Assembly: GCA_044221725.1 (NCBI GenBank)
Contig: JBGAON010000003.1
Location: forward strand, 480,001-544,000
Direction: 5' to 3'
Origin: Elusimicrobiota bacterium
Lineage (GTDB): Bacteria > Elusimicrobiota > Elusimicrobia > F11
DNA length: 64,000 nucleotides
Shown here: positions 17,301-27,570 of the stretch, piece by piece
Layout of the letters: every line of letters starts with the position of its first letter
Numbering within the stretch: position 1 is the first letter of the stretch
Notes under the pieces: model-generated
Database searches by the model: none
What the model was told of the DNA's origin: nothing
Seen by the model: the letters and a program-made list of their open reading frames with translations, nothing else
Program-made: the position numbers and the translations under genes

Positions 17301-19148
17301 CTATTTCACAACACTGAATCGAAACCGTCGGCGGGCGGGTTCTTTATCGCCAAGTTGGTTGGTCACGACGCCGATGTACACGCCGGATTTGAAGGTTTGG
17401 GGGTCCAATTTAATTTCGTAGGCCGGTTTTCCCCCAACAAAAGTCAGCTCCGAATCAAGATGCGGATTGGAATACACCAGCGCTCCGGCCACATCGTAAA
17501 TGCGTACCGAAAGATTGTCCGACTTTTCGCTCGTTTCGATGTGCAATGTTGGAATCGCGCCGTTCGTGGTCGGGTTTGGAAACACGTACACTTCTCCGAG
17601 CGAAGGCGTCGGATTGACGACGGTCGCAAACGCGCGGTAATAACCAAAAGTTGTTGCTTGGAACGTGATGCCGGTTTCTTGGGAACGCTGGCGGGGCGCC
17701 ACGCTCCACGTCAGCCCATCCGACGAAAAATAAACTTGTGGATCCGCAAGCCCGTCCAGTGCCGGCAGAACGAACGTGCTTGATTTGGTTGCGAGGTTCC
17801 CGCCCCGAGGAGACGCGACCAATTCGACCTTCTGCTCTTCATTGCAAACTGGAATTGCGCCAGCGGAATGCAAGAATTGCTGGTTGAGTTGAACTTCGTT
17901 TCCGTTGTTCGGCGCGAAGATGAGGAGAGGGCCAATCGCCCGCAGTCCATTCGACATCGCGAATTTTTGAGAACCCACACCCACGGCGCTCTCCGCTGAC
18001 AGCGTAGACACAGCTGCCTCCAGACACGCCGTTCCCGATGGATTCGGTGAACTACTGCCGGACGGATTTGGAGACGTCGACGGATTTCCGGAAGGGTTCG
18101 GGCTTACCGATCCACTCGGTGTTGGAAACGGACTTCCGCTTCCTGATGGGTCCGGAGATACGCTTCCGGAAGGAAACGGTGACCCGCTAGGATCGGGAGA
18201 TCCTGAGGGGTCTGGGCTTTCCGACGGATCTGGACTGCCGGATGGGTCCGGGCTGCCCGAAGGATCGGGGGTGCCGGACGGATCAGGGGTGCCAGAGGGA
18301 TCGGGCGTGCCGGACGGATCGGGGGTGCCGGACGGATTCGGAGTTCCAGAAGGATAAGGCGTTTCGGGCGGCGGTACGCAGCCACCGGGGGCACCGAATC
18401 CGGCCCCACCACCGGAATATCCTCCGCCTTCGCATCCGGGCGGTGTCGGCGTGGGGGATTGTGGCGGCTTGCAGAAATCCGGAGTAGCAAACCGTTGCCG
18501 GCCCGTAATATTGAACAAACCGTTGTAAAGAAGCACCTCTATGTAACACGCGCCGCTCGGATCCACGGGGGCGTCGCCCGCGTAGTAACCATCAGCGTCC
18601 ACGGCTATGGTTCGCCAGATTGTTTTGTTGGTTCCTATAAAAGGTTCATCTTTGTGAAGTTCAACTTGGTCAAACGCGATTTCAGGGCCCATGAATTTAG
18701 CGCCCGTGTTAATCGCGTTGCGATCGTAATACCCGAGATCATTATCGTCGTTAGCGTACGGCGCCTTTCCACTCTGCTTTTCGACAGCGCGCAGAAAAAC
18801 TCTTAGATAAGGAACTGGTCGCGGATTCGGTAACGTCGTGCACGCGTTGTATCCGACCCCGATACTGATCATGTACTTGCCCGCGGGCGTCCGACGAAAA
18901 TCTTCAAGAGTGATGCGGGCGCGCTGAAAGCACCAATTTTGAACATCGAGTTGGTTCGGCACCGTGACAGGACCGCAACGTTCCGGATTCGAGCCATTCG
19001 TGACGAGCTCACAGTCGGCCTGGAGTTCCGATAAGGTAAAAAATGCGAACGCCATACCAGTGAGCGTGATGGCGATGATTTTGGTCGGAAATATTCGCAT
19101 TTTCATCGTTTTTAAAATTGTACCATCAAATTCCGTCAGTTTCATCAA
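17301..19148 (-). CDS. Secreted Cys-rich protein with PDPSG(S/T) repeat linker and T9SS-like C-terminal domain
   Basis: Signal peptide (likely start MKMRIF ~19106); C-terminus VYVFPNP...IYDVAGALV...SGVYIG...RFRFSVVK. Confidence 0.8.
   Translation of the reverse strand: MMKLTEFDGTILKTMKMRIFPTKIIAITLTGMAFAFFTLSELQADCELVTNGSNPERCGPVTVPNQLDVQNWCFQRARITLEDFRRTPAGKYMISIGVGYNACTTLPNPRPVPYLRVFLRAVEKQSGKAPYANDDNDLGYYDRNAINTGAKFMGPEIAFDQVELHKDEPFIGTNKTIWRTIAVDADGYYAGDAPVDPSGACYIEVLLYNGLFNITGRQRFATPDFCKPPQSPTPTPPGCEGGGYSGGGAGFGAPGGCVPPPETPYPSGTPNPSGTPDPSGTPDPSGTPDPSGTPDPSGSPDPSGSPDPSESPDPSGSPDPSGSPFPSGSVSPDPSGSGSPFPTPSGSVSPNPSGNPSTSPNPSGSSSPNPSGTACLEAAVSTLSAESAVGVGSQKFAMSNGLRAIGPLLIFAPNNGNEVQLNQQFLHSAGAIPVCNEEQKVELVASPRGGNLATKSSTFVLPALDGLADPQVYFSSDGLTWSVAPRQRSQETGITFQATTFGYYRAFATVVNPTPSLGEVYVFPNPTTNGAIPTLHIETSEKSDNLSVRIYDVAGALVYSNPHLDSELTFVGGKPAYEIKLDPQTFKSGVYIGVVTNQLGDKEPARRRFRFSVVK
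18030..18360 (-). repeat. In-frame 18-bp tandem repeat encoding P(D/N/F)PSG(T/S)
   Basis: About 11 consecutive hexapeptide units (e.g. + strand cggacggatcgggggtgc) followed by degenerate SPNPSG units. Confidence 0.9.
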
Positions 19149-19193
19149 AGTCTAGCCTGGCAGACCTTAAAAACGCCTTAAGAAATGGTTAAG
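19149..19193 (-). promoter_or_regulatory. Putative OmpR-family (PmrA/QseB-like) triple box plus -10
   Basis: Minus strand CTTAAC-N5-CTTAAG-N5-TTTAAG, 11 nt, then TAGACT; same geometry as 17231..17275. Confidence 0.65.
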
Positions 19194-19297
19194 GTTTGAG
19201 GTGAGTTGGAAAAAATCCAGCTTTTCCGTGTTAGAATAGCCGTCCCCCCGGCAAGCGAACTCCAAACAACCAATTTCGTAGTTAAGTTATCCAATTT

Positions 19298-20158
19298 ATG
19301 AAAAGAGAACAAAGGAACATACTGCGGTCATCCGCTATCTTGATGGCCGCTTTCTTAATCGTGAGCTTCGGCGGAGCCTCCATTGTTGGCCCGCTGCCGG
19401 CGGATGTCGCTCGTCCGGTCCAAGTGGACCAGCTCGGAACTCAGTCTGTTCGAGACCTGCAGCGGCTTGGGTTATTAAGCTCGCTGTCTCAGGAGTCCGT
19501 TGAGGAATTGCTCTCCTACCAGTCTCAATCCGGAAAATCCCTTGCCCAGATCCTTCACGATCCGAAATGGGTGCAACGGTTGGGCCTCTCCGCTGATACG
19601 TTCAAAGCCACTTGGTACGCCGCCAACCCCTATGATCTGTTGCCCATCGATTTGCAAACAGCGATTCGACAAACCCAGCAACCCTTTGAAAGCCGAAGAC
19701 ACATCAACAAATGGTTAAAAGCGATGAATGCGCCGGAGCGTTGGAAAGATGCGATCGATCTCGCGCTTATCGAAACCACTCCGATTAATCTTTGGCGGGC
19801 GTCGCGAGGTCAAAAGCCGTATGCAAAGAACGGGCAGTACCTCCAGCCGATTGTCGTGGAAAAGGAATCGGGCGTGTTTGATGTGAGAGACGGTCACATC
19901 GCGACGGATCCTCGTTATATCCCGACAAACTCGCGAGTTATCTTGCTGGTACGGATTAACGGCCAAGATCGGATTCTAAGGGTAAAAGCAGCAGACATTG
20001 GTGAGGCGATCAAAGGTCAGCATGTGGATTTGCCGATCGCGATTAAGCCGCGGTATGGAAAAAATCATTCGATTCGGTTTCCGGGCGAGTATATTCGCAA
20101 CCCCACCGTCATCATTTTGACGCCGTCGCGGAAAGTCAGTCGAGGTCGAACGGCGTAA
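19298..20158 (+). CDS. 3D-domain (MltA-like, Asp-Asp-Asp) cell-wall protein
   Basis: N-terminal signal/TM; IATDPRYIP...AADIGEAIKGQHVDL carries the three Asp residues of the 3D domain. Confidence 0.75.
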   Translation: MKREQRNILRSSAILMAAFLIVSFGGASIVGPLPADVARPVQVDQLGTQSVRDLQRLGLLSSLSQESVEELLSYQSQSGKSLAQILHDPKWVQRLGLSADTFKATWYAANPYDLLPIDLQTAIRQTQQPFESRRHINKWLKAMNAPERWKDAIDLALIETTPINLWRASRGQKPYAKNGQYLQPIVVEKESGVFDVRDGHIATDPRYIPTNSRVILLVRINGQDRILRVKAADIGEAIKGQHVDLPIAIKPRYGKNHSIRFPGEYIRNPTVIILTPSRKVSRGRTA

Positions 20159-20441
20159 GCGGTTTTTCTTTCAGTCCTTCCTTTTTAACCTTCTCAACTT
20201 CTTTCTTAAATATATCGTCGCGTCGCTTTTTCTTCTCTTCAAGATTGTTTTTTGTTTGATCGAGCAAGGCTTCGCGCTTTTTCTTGTCTTCTTCGAGTTT
20301 GCGCAGTGCGGCGGACATTTTGTCTTCGCCAGGTTTGTTTTGTTGCGACGCGTCCCACTTGTGAAGAACGTCCCCGGTTTCCCCATCAACTTCGAGAAGG
20401 GTTTTGCAGCATGGGCAATTCACGTAAAACGATCGCGCCAT
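20136..20441 (-). CDS. Conserved hypothetical protein with N-terminal CPCC motif and charged helical tail
   Basis: VNCPCCKTLLEVD; Lys/Glu-rich helix; ends PFDLD; last gene of the eno-ftsB run. Confidence 0.75.
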   Translation of the reverse strand: MARSFYVNCPCCKTLLEVDGETGDVLHKWDASQQNKPGEDKMSAALRKLEEDKKKREALLDQTKNNLEEKKKRRDDIFKKEVEKVKKEGLKEKPLTPFDLD

Positions 20442-20443
20442 GG

Positions 20444-22080
<1,637 letters not shown>

Positions 22081-23286
22081 TTATTTTGTGCGGCCCGAAT
22101 TGGTCAGCGTTTCAAAAACGGAGCGCAGAATTTGTACACAGCGCATTAAATCTTTCTGCGAAATAAAATACGGCGGTAAAAATCGCAGCACGTTGCCTTG
22201 AGTGCAATTGATCAACAGCCCTCTTTCGCGAGCCAAGCCAACATACGGGTCGCCACTTTCGGTTAACTCCATTCCAAACATCAAACCGAACGAGCGAATC
22301 GTCTTCAGTTGAGGGAATTGCTGAAAGCTGGAGAGGGCCTTGTGGAGTGTCTCGCCGGTTTTTTTAATCGATCGAAGCGCTCGAGGCGGCAGGAGTTTTA
22401 ATACTTCAAGAGCGGCGGCGCAAGCAACCGGGTTTCCGCCGAACGTTGAGCCATGGAGACCCGGTACCATGAGATCGGCCACGCGCGGAACCGACAGCGT
22501 CGCGCCGAGCGGCAGCCCGCCCGCGAGCCCTTTGGCGAGCGTGACGATGTCGGGCTTTGCTCCGTAATGTTCAAACGCAAAAAATTTTCCCGTCCTTCCC
22601 ATCCCGGATTGCACTTCATCGAGGATCAGCAACAAATTATTTTTTTCGCAGAGTTCCGCGACATCGGTCATGAACTCATCCGACGCGATGTTGATACCGC
22701 CTTCGCCTTGAACGGGCTCGAGCATAATAGCGATCGTATTTTCGTTTACGAGTTTTCGCGTGGCGTCGAGATCGTTGTACGGTGCTTTTGAGAATCCGGC
22801 GGGCAACGGCTCAAACACATCGTTCGAGCGTGTGCGGCCCCAACTCGCCGTTGTTGTTGCCAGTGTACGACCATGAAATGCGTTTTCAAACGTGATGATA
22901 TCGCGACCGGGTTTGTTGTTTTTTGTCGCCCACAAGCGTGCGAGTTTGATCGCGAGTTCGTTTGCTTCAGCGCCAGAATTCGAAAAGAACACACGCGAGC
23001 CCTTGTAGCGAGCCGTTAATTCACGGGCGAGGTTCGATTGCGGTTCCGTGTAGAAATAATTGGAGCTGTGCAGTAGCTTCGCTGCCTGCTTTTGCACCGC
23101 GCGCACGACGTTTGGATTGTTGTGCCCAACGCCGCACACCGCGAGGCCGGAATAGAAATCCAAATATTTTTTTCCTTTGCTGTCCCAGACATAGCTGTCT
23201 TTTGCTTTCGCGATCAACAACGGTTGGCGTTTGAACGTGTAAAGAAAATGCTTAAGTTCTTTGTCCAGATACGGATTTACGGACAT
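22081..23286 (-). CDS. argD: Acetylornithine aminotransferase
   Basis: FSNSGAEANE, FHGRT, EPVQGEGG, DEVQSGMGRTG, TLAKGLAGG, HGSTFGGNP; adjacent to argB. Confidence 0.92.
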   Translation of the reverse strand: MSVNPYLDKELKHFLYTFKRQPLLIAKAKDSYVWDSKGKKYLDFYSGLAVCGVGHNNPNVVRAVQKQAAKLLHSSNYFYTEPQSNLARELTARYKGSRVFFSNSGAEANELAIKLARLWATKNNKPGRDIITFENAFHGRTLATTTASWGRTRSNDVFEPLPAGFSKAPYNDLDATRKLVNENTIAIMLEPVQGEGGINIASDEFMTDVAELCEKNNLLLILDEVQSGMGRTGKFFAFEHYGAKPDIVTLAKGLAGGLPLGATLSVPRVADLMVPGLHGSTFGGNPVACAAALEVLKLLPPRALRSIKKTGETLHKALSSFQQFPQLKTIRSFGLMFGMELTESGDPYVGLARERGLLINCTQGNVLRFLPPYFISQKDLMRCVQILRSVFETLTNSGRTK

Positions 23287-24026
23287 ATCTTGGTTCCCGA
23301 TTTGAAGTCGATTCCTTTCTTGCCGTTCAAAATATCGACTTCCCCCACACCGCTTTTTATTCCGACGCGTGCCGACTGGACCTTCGGAATCATTCCGCCC
23401 GTAATGACCGCGTCGGAAATCAGTTTGTCGATTGTGCCTGTGCGCAGAACCGGGATTGTTTTCTTTTCATGATTCAGAACGCCCGATATGTTCGTTAAAA
23501 ATACCAAGTTCGCTGCACGCAGCTGAACGGCGAGCGCGCTCGCCACATCATCGGCGTTGATGTTAACGGGGTTTCCGTTCGGGTCGGATCCCACCGATGA
23601 AACGACCGGAAGAAAATCTTTTGAAAGCAGAGCGGTCAACAAAGCGACATTGTATTTCGATGGCTTCGCCGCGCGGCCCAAATTTTTCATCGGAATGGCG
23701 GTGACAAGCCCGCCATCACGGCATGAGAGTCCCACGGCGTTCGCCCCGCCTTTCGTGAGCTCGGCCGCGAGTCCCTTGTTAATTTCCCCGCTGAGGACAC
23801 GTTCCACGACCACCATCGCTTCAGGCGATGTGAAACGACGTCCATTCACAAACTTGGTCGGAATTTTATTTTTGTTAAGTTCTTGTTCGATTTGCGGCCC
23901 GCCGCCGTGCACAAAAACAACCGGCTGACGACGCGCCACGCGCGCGAGATCCGCCAAAATTTTTTTTCTGATGGGCCCGGGCAGCAACAATTCGCCGCCG
24001 GCTTTAATAATCCAAGGACGTTTCAT
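23277..24026 (-). CDS. argB: Acetylglutamate kinase
   Basis: IIKAGG, VHGGGPQI, NINAD, LTNISGV, GGMIPKV. Likely start MKRPW at 24026 (ATGA overlap with the nuclease stop). Confidence 0.92.
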   Translation of the reverse strand: MKRPWIIKAGGELLLPGPIRKKILADLARVARRQPVVFVHGGGPQIEQELNKNKIPTKFVNGRRFTSPEAMVVVERVLSGEINKGLAAELTKGGANAVGLSCRDGGLVTAIPMKNLGRAAKPSKYNVALLTALLSKDFLPVVSSVGSDPNGNPVNINADDVASALAVQLRAANLVFLTNISGVLNHEKKTIPVLRTGTIDKLISDAVITGGMIPKVQSARVGIKSGVGEVDILNGKKGIDFKSGTKICP

Positions 24027-24748
24027 GATGGTTTGAAGTTTTTGCAGCGCCGGCCAAATTCGCAGCGCTTGCACGACGCGTGGTTTGGCGTGAAATCACC
24101 GCTTCGAATCTTTTCGGCGGCGGTCGTTATTAGGTTTTGAATCTCCTCCAGTTGAGTCTGCGACCGTTGTGTTTCAATCGCGGATCCGGACGATAGAAAA
24201 TAATAAGTGAGTTTGAGCGATGAAACTCCAAGCGTCTTCGCGAGTCCCAGCGCGTAAAACGACATTTGGCGGTCCGAGGCCACGCGCTCTTTCGACCAGG
24301 TTTCGGTTCCGGTTTTGTATTCGATGATTTCGTAGCGACCGTCGGCGTGTTGGTCAATGCGGTCCACGGTTCCTTTAAAGTGAATATCGTTTCCAAAATC
24401 GATATCGAAATTTTTTTCGGTCGCAAAAACTTTCGACGTTCGTTTTGCATCGATCTTGAAAAAATTTTCAAGGATCATTTTTCCGCGCTCGTACGCTTCG
24501 ATCGTTTGCTGCGGGGAACCAAAACCTTCGTTTACCCAGTGCTGATCAAAAATTTCAAAAAGGCGATCCAGTGAACGTTCGGTATTGTCATCGGAAAGGT
24601 ACACGGCCAGCGTGCGGTGCAGCGATTGTCCGAAAGCGGCGGGAGCTTTTGGGCCGGCGCGCCAGCCTTCGTTGTAAACCAAGTGATACATCCACGGGCA
24701 GCGTTCGTAGGTTTGGACGCGCGAATACGAAATCTCAACGGATGACAT
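24023..24748 (-). CDS. PD-(D/E)XK nuclease, RecB/AddB/Cas4-like, with putative 4Fe-4S cysteines
   Basis: ISYSRVQTYERCP, GQSLH, GTVDRID...IIEYKTG, QMSFY, C-terminal CKRCEFGRRC. Confidence 0.85.
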   Translation of the reverse strand: MSSVEISYSRVQTYERCPWMYHLVYNEGWRAGPKAPAAFGQSLHRTLAVYLSDDNTERSLDRLFEIFDQHWVNEGFGSPQQTIEAYERGKMILENFFKIDAKRTSKVFATEKNFDIDFGNDIHFKGTVDRIDQHADGRYEIIEYKTGTETWSKERVASDRQMSFYALGLAKTLGVSSLKLTYYFLSSGSAIETQRSQTQLEEIQNLITTAAEKIRSGDFTPNHASCKRCEFGRRCKNFKPS

Positions 24749-24754
24749 GAGACT

Positions 24755-25318
24755 TTAGTTCATCGGAACGAGAAAGCTGAGTCTGCTGTCGCCGTAGTCT
24801 TCCTGGCGTTTGAGTTCCCATTTTTCGGAGGAACCGACAATTTCTTTTTTGTGGTGCTGAGCGATCACAAGACCGCCTTTCGCTAGCAATTCGTAGCGGA
24901 CAATGTTATCGAGCGTCGGTTGCACAAGCGCCAATGGCTTTTTCTCGGCGTCCTTGTAGGGAGGTCCCATAAAAATCAAATCGTAAGGTTTCGGAAGAAC
25001 CGACAAATCGCCGGTCGCATTCAAGCGAAACACCGTTGCTTTGTCTGTCATCTTGAACGCAGCGATGTTGTCATGAACGACCGTCACGCATTGAGGTTCT
25101 TGTTCGATGAACACCACGGACGCCGCGCCCTGCGAGACCGCTTCCAGTCCCACCGCCCCTGTGCCTGCGTAAATGTCTAGAAATCGCGCGCCTTGCATGC
25201 GCGGACGCAATATATCGAACAGGGATTTTTTGATACGAGCGAGAATCGGGCGGACGAGTGGATTGTTTGGAAGTGTGCGAAGGACGCGCCCGCGGGCGTG
25301 TCCACCAAGAATTTTCAT
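24755..25318 (-). CDS. rsmD: 16S rRNA m2G966 methyltransferase RsmD family
   Basis: MKILGGHARGR, VRP, LDIYAGTGAVGLEAVSQGA, FMGPPY, YGDS. Confidence 0.88.
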   Translation of the reverse strand: MKILGGHARGRVLRTLPNNPLVRPILARIKKSLFDILRPRMQGARFLDIYAGTGAVGLEAVSQGAASVVFIEQEPQCVTVVHDNIAAFKMTDKATVFRLNATGDLSVLPKPYDLIFMGPPYKDAEKKPLALVQPTLDNIVRYELLAKGGLVIAQHHKKEIVGSSEKWELKRQEDYGDSRLSFLVPMN

Positions 25319-25337
25319 CGTACCTCTAATAATAATA

Positions 25338-25410
25338 TGGAGCTGATCGGGATCGAACCGACGACCTCCTGCATGCCATGCAGGCGCTCTCCCAGCTGAG
25401 CTACAGCCCC
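25338..25410 (-). tRNA. tRNA-Ala(GGC), CCA not encoded
   Basis: GGGGCTGTAGCTCAGCTGGGAGAGCGCCTGCATGGCATGCAGGAGGTCGTCGGTTCGATCCCGATCAGCTCCA; G3:U70 pair; anticodon GGC. Confidence 0.96.
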
Positions 25411-25481
25411 GTAACTTTCGGTAGTCCCATCAACTATCATAATTGAGTGGGGCAACCTCAAGGGGCAACGGATATAACATA

Positions 25482-27530
25482 TTACTGACTTTCGACGTAA
25501 GGGAGGTTTAACGGGCCCGCTTGGCCGGCGTCAATGCGGTTCGTTTGATCTTCGATCGTAGGATCGAGCAAATCAATAAACGGTGTGACCTGACCGGAAG
25601 CGCCTCCGCCGAAATTTCGCTCGGTCGGGTTAACGAGAACGGACACAGGCAGTGGCTCTTCTTGCCGCTTTGTATTTTCGGTGCCCAGCAAACCGGCTGA
25701 AACTCTCCACCGTTTTGGATCGCCGCGCAACAATGTTCGCGGAAATGAAATCGAAAAAGTGTTCCCGTGCGATGTCACGGATTTGAGCGAAAGTAAACGC
25801 GGATTGCTGCCCGGTATCGCTTGATAGAGCGCAGCGCAGTTCGCCGATAACGCCACGCTGTATTCCCATGCTGCTTCTCTCATGAGGAGCGTATTTCCCC
25901 GGCGCCGCAACGCGTTGGTGCTGCCCGCGTCCGTTAATCGATTCACGTCGATATAAAAATCGAGCAGGGGCACGATGTTCGTTGGGTTGTTCGAAAAATT
26001 TTCAGCAACGTTGACGCGAAGCGTGATATCCGATTCGTCCCACGAAACCGATACCTGGCGCAAATCAAACATTCCCTTCGGATAGGCGCCTACCGGGTAA
26101 ACGTACTTTCCATTCCCGTTATCGTCACCTTTCGGGTCATTCCACGCAATATTCTGCGCTCCCTCCTCGAAAAACGGTTCATCGCTTTGCTGGGGTCTTG
26201 CGGTCGTCTTTTGCCAAGATCGTGCGGCGAACCACGTGTTAAGATTTGTTGGAACGGGTGTTTCGCACAAACGATAAATGTTCGCGAGTGTCGCCAAAAA
26301 GTTTCGTTCCCCGGAAGGTTTCTCGCCCGTATTGTTTGTGTTTGGATCATCGGAGCCAATGTTCAGCAAAAACTCGCCGCTTTCGGCCGTGCACATTTCT
26401 TCAATGGCGGCATCCAAACGTTGAAGCTTTGCGTGACCGGATCGCTGATACGTATCGATCACCTTTCGTGCGTCCGCCAGTGCGGCCCACGCCCGTTTTT
26501 GTTGCGGTAGGGAAACCCATGGCCCATAGTCGTTCGCAAAAGGGTCCGCTGACTTCGCAAGTTCAAACTCGTCGCGAAGCGGCTCGACGAAGAGTTGGGC
26601 GGTCGACGTGGCCAATTCGGTGTGCTTCGCCAAACCTTTCGCTAAGTACTCAAGAAAATATTGATCCGTTTTCGGATCTTCGAGCGACTCCGTATTAATA
26701 AGGACGAACGGATGTTCCATTGCCCACGCCGCGGTATGCTCGGCCCACGACCGGCCACCAACGGTCATCTCGTCAATCACGGGAGCCTTCGGCGGAACCA
26801 ATAACGCGATTCCGCCATAAAACCGGATACCCCAATTTTCGCTCGGGCGTCCCATGACCCAATTCATTCGAAATCGTTTGAGAGTCTCGACGACGTCTTC
26901 GGACAAACTTTGATGCGGTGGATAAAAACCGGTTGGTAACGCCGAGAAACGTTTCTGATATTTACCGCTGCCCCGCGCGATTTGAGCGGCGATATCTTCG
27001 GGCCACGCAAAATTGAATCCCCACTTGGCGACTTTTTCACCAGCGATTTGCAGATTGCCGAGAAGCGGTAGCATCGGCTCGTTCTCGAGCGCAAGTGCGA
27101 TTTCAATTTGCTTCGAACTCTGCAGTACCGCGAACTGCGATAGCAACGCACGGCGGCTCGCATCATCGAAATAGTGCGCCGGAAATATCAGGGTGAGGTG
27201 CAGGTCGTGATGCACTTTAAGAAAATCCAGCAACTTTTGTGGTTCTCCGTCCGGATGGGCGACGACAAAAACGGTGATGGATTTAAACGGTGACGGAATC
27301 TCGGTTGTCTCCGCCGCTTTGTTCGGGGCGGGCGACGGCGTTGCCTTTGGTGTCGTCACGCTATCGGGCGTTTTTGATTTTTTCTTTGGAGTCAATTCTG
27401 GGCGACGCGCGGCGGCCCAGATTCCCACCGTTGCAAAGAAGAACAGCAAGAATAAAGATTTTCGCGATCCAAAAATCAGAGACGTGCGTGCCAGCAAAGG
27501 CGGGACCAACATGACGCCGGCAGTATACAA
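25482..27530 (-). CDS. Membrane-anchored GH57-like (amylopullulanase-type) protein with C-terminal glucodextranase DOMON-like domain
   Basis: N-terminal TM; SKQIEI...EPMLPLL...DIAAQIARG...YQKRF...PTGFYPP resembles the GH57 core; WNDPKGDDNGNGKYVYP...GMFDLRQV...LDFYID resembles Glucodextran_C. Confidence 0.7.
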   Translation of the reverse strand: MYTAGVMLVPPLLARTSLIFGSRKSLFLLFFFATVGIWAAARRPELTPKKKSKTPDSVTTPKATPSPAPNKAAETTEIPSPFKSITVFVVAHPDGEPQKLLDFLKVHHDLHLTLIFPAHYFDDASRRALLSQFAVLQSSKQIEIALALENEPMLPLLGNLQIAGEKVAKWGFNFAWPEDIAAQIARGSGKYQKRFSALPTGFYPPHQSLSEDVVETLKRFRMNWVMGRPSENWGIRFYGGIALLVPPKAPVIDEMTVGGRSWAEHTAAWAMEHPFVLINTESLEDPKTDQYFLEYLAKGLAKHTELATSTAQLFVEPLRDEFELAKSADPFANDYGPWVSLPQQKRAWAALADARKVIDTYQRSGHAKLQRLDAAIEEMCTAESGEFLLNIGSDDPNTNNTGEKPSGERNFLATLANIYRLCETPVPTNLNTWFAARSWQKTTARPQQSDEPFFEEGAQNIAWNDPKGDDNGNGKYVYPVGAYPKGMFDLRQVSVSWDESDITLRVNVAENFSNNPTNIVPLLDFYIDVNRLTDAGSTNALRRRGNTLLMREAAWEYSVALSANCAALYQAIPGSNPRLLSLKSVTSHGNTFSISFPRTLLRGDPKRWRVSAGLLGTENTKRQEEPLPVSVLVNPTERNFGGGASGQVTPFIDLLDPTIEDQTNRIDAGQAGPLNLPYVESQ

Positions 27531-27570
27531 CTATATTTATGCCGTCATTCCCGAATGACTTTATCGGGAA

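Noticed and set aside
18030..18360. Short regular repeats as a possible CRISPR array (a Cas4-like gene lies ~6 kb away)
   Set aside because: The 18-bp units are contiguous, in frame and have no unique spacers; they encode a PDPSG linker.
25338..25480. tRNA-Ala as an integration site for the giant-gene region
   Set aside because: No integrase and no duplicated tRNA 3' end were seen; the tRNA 3' side leads directly into rsmD.
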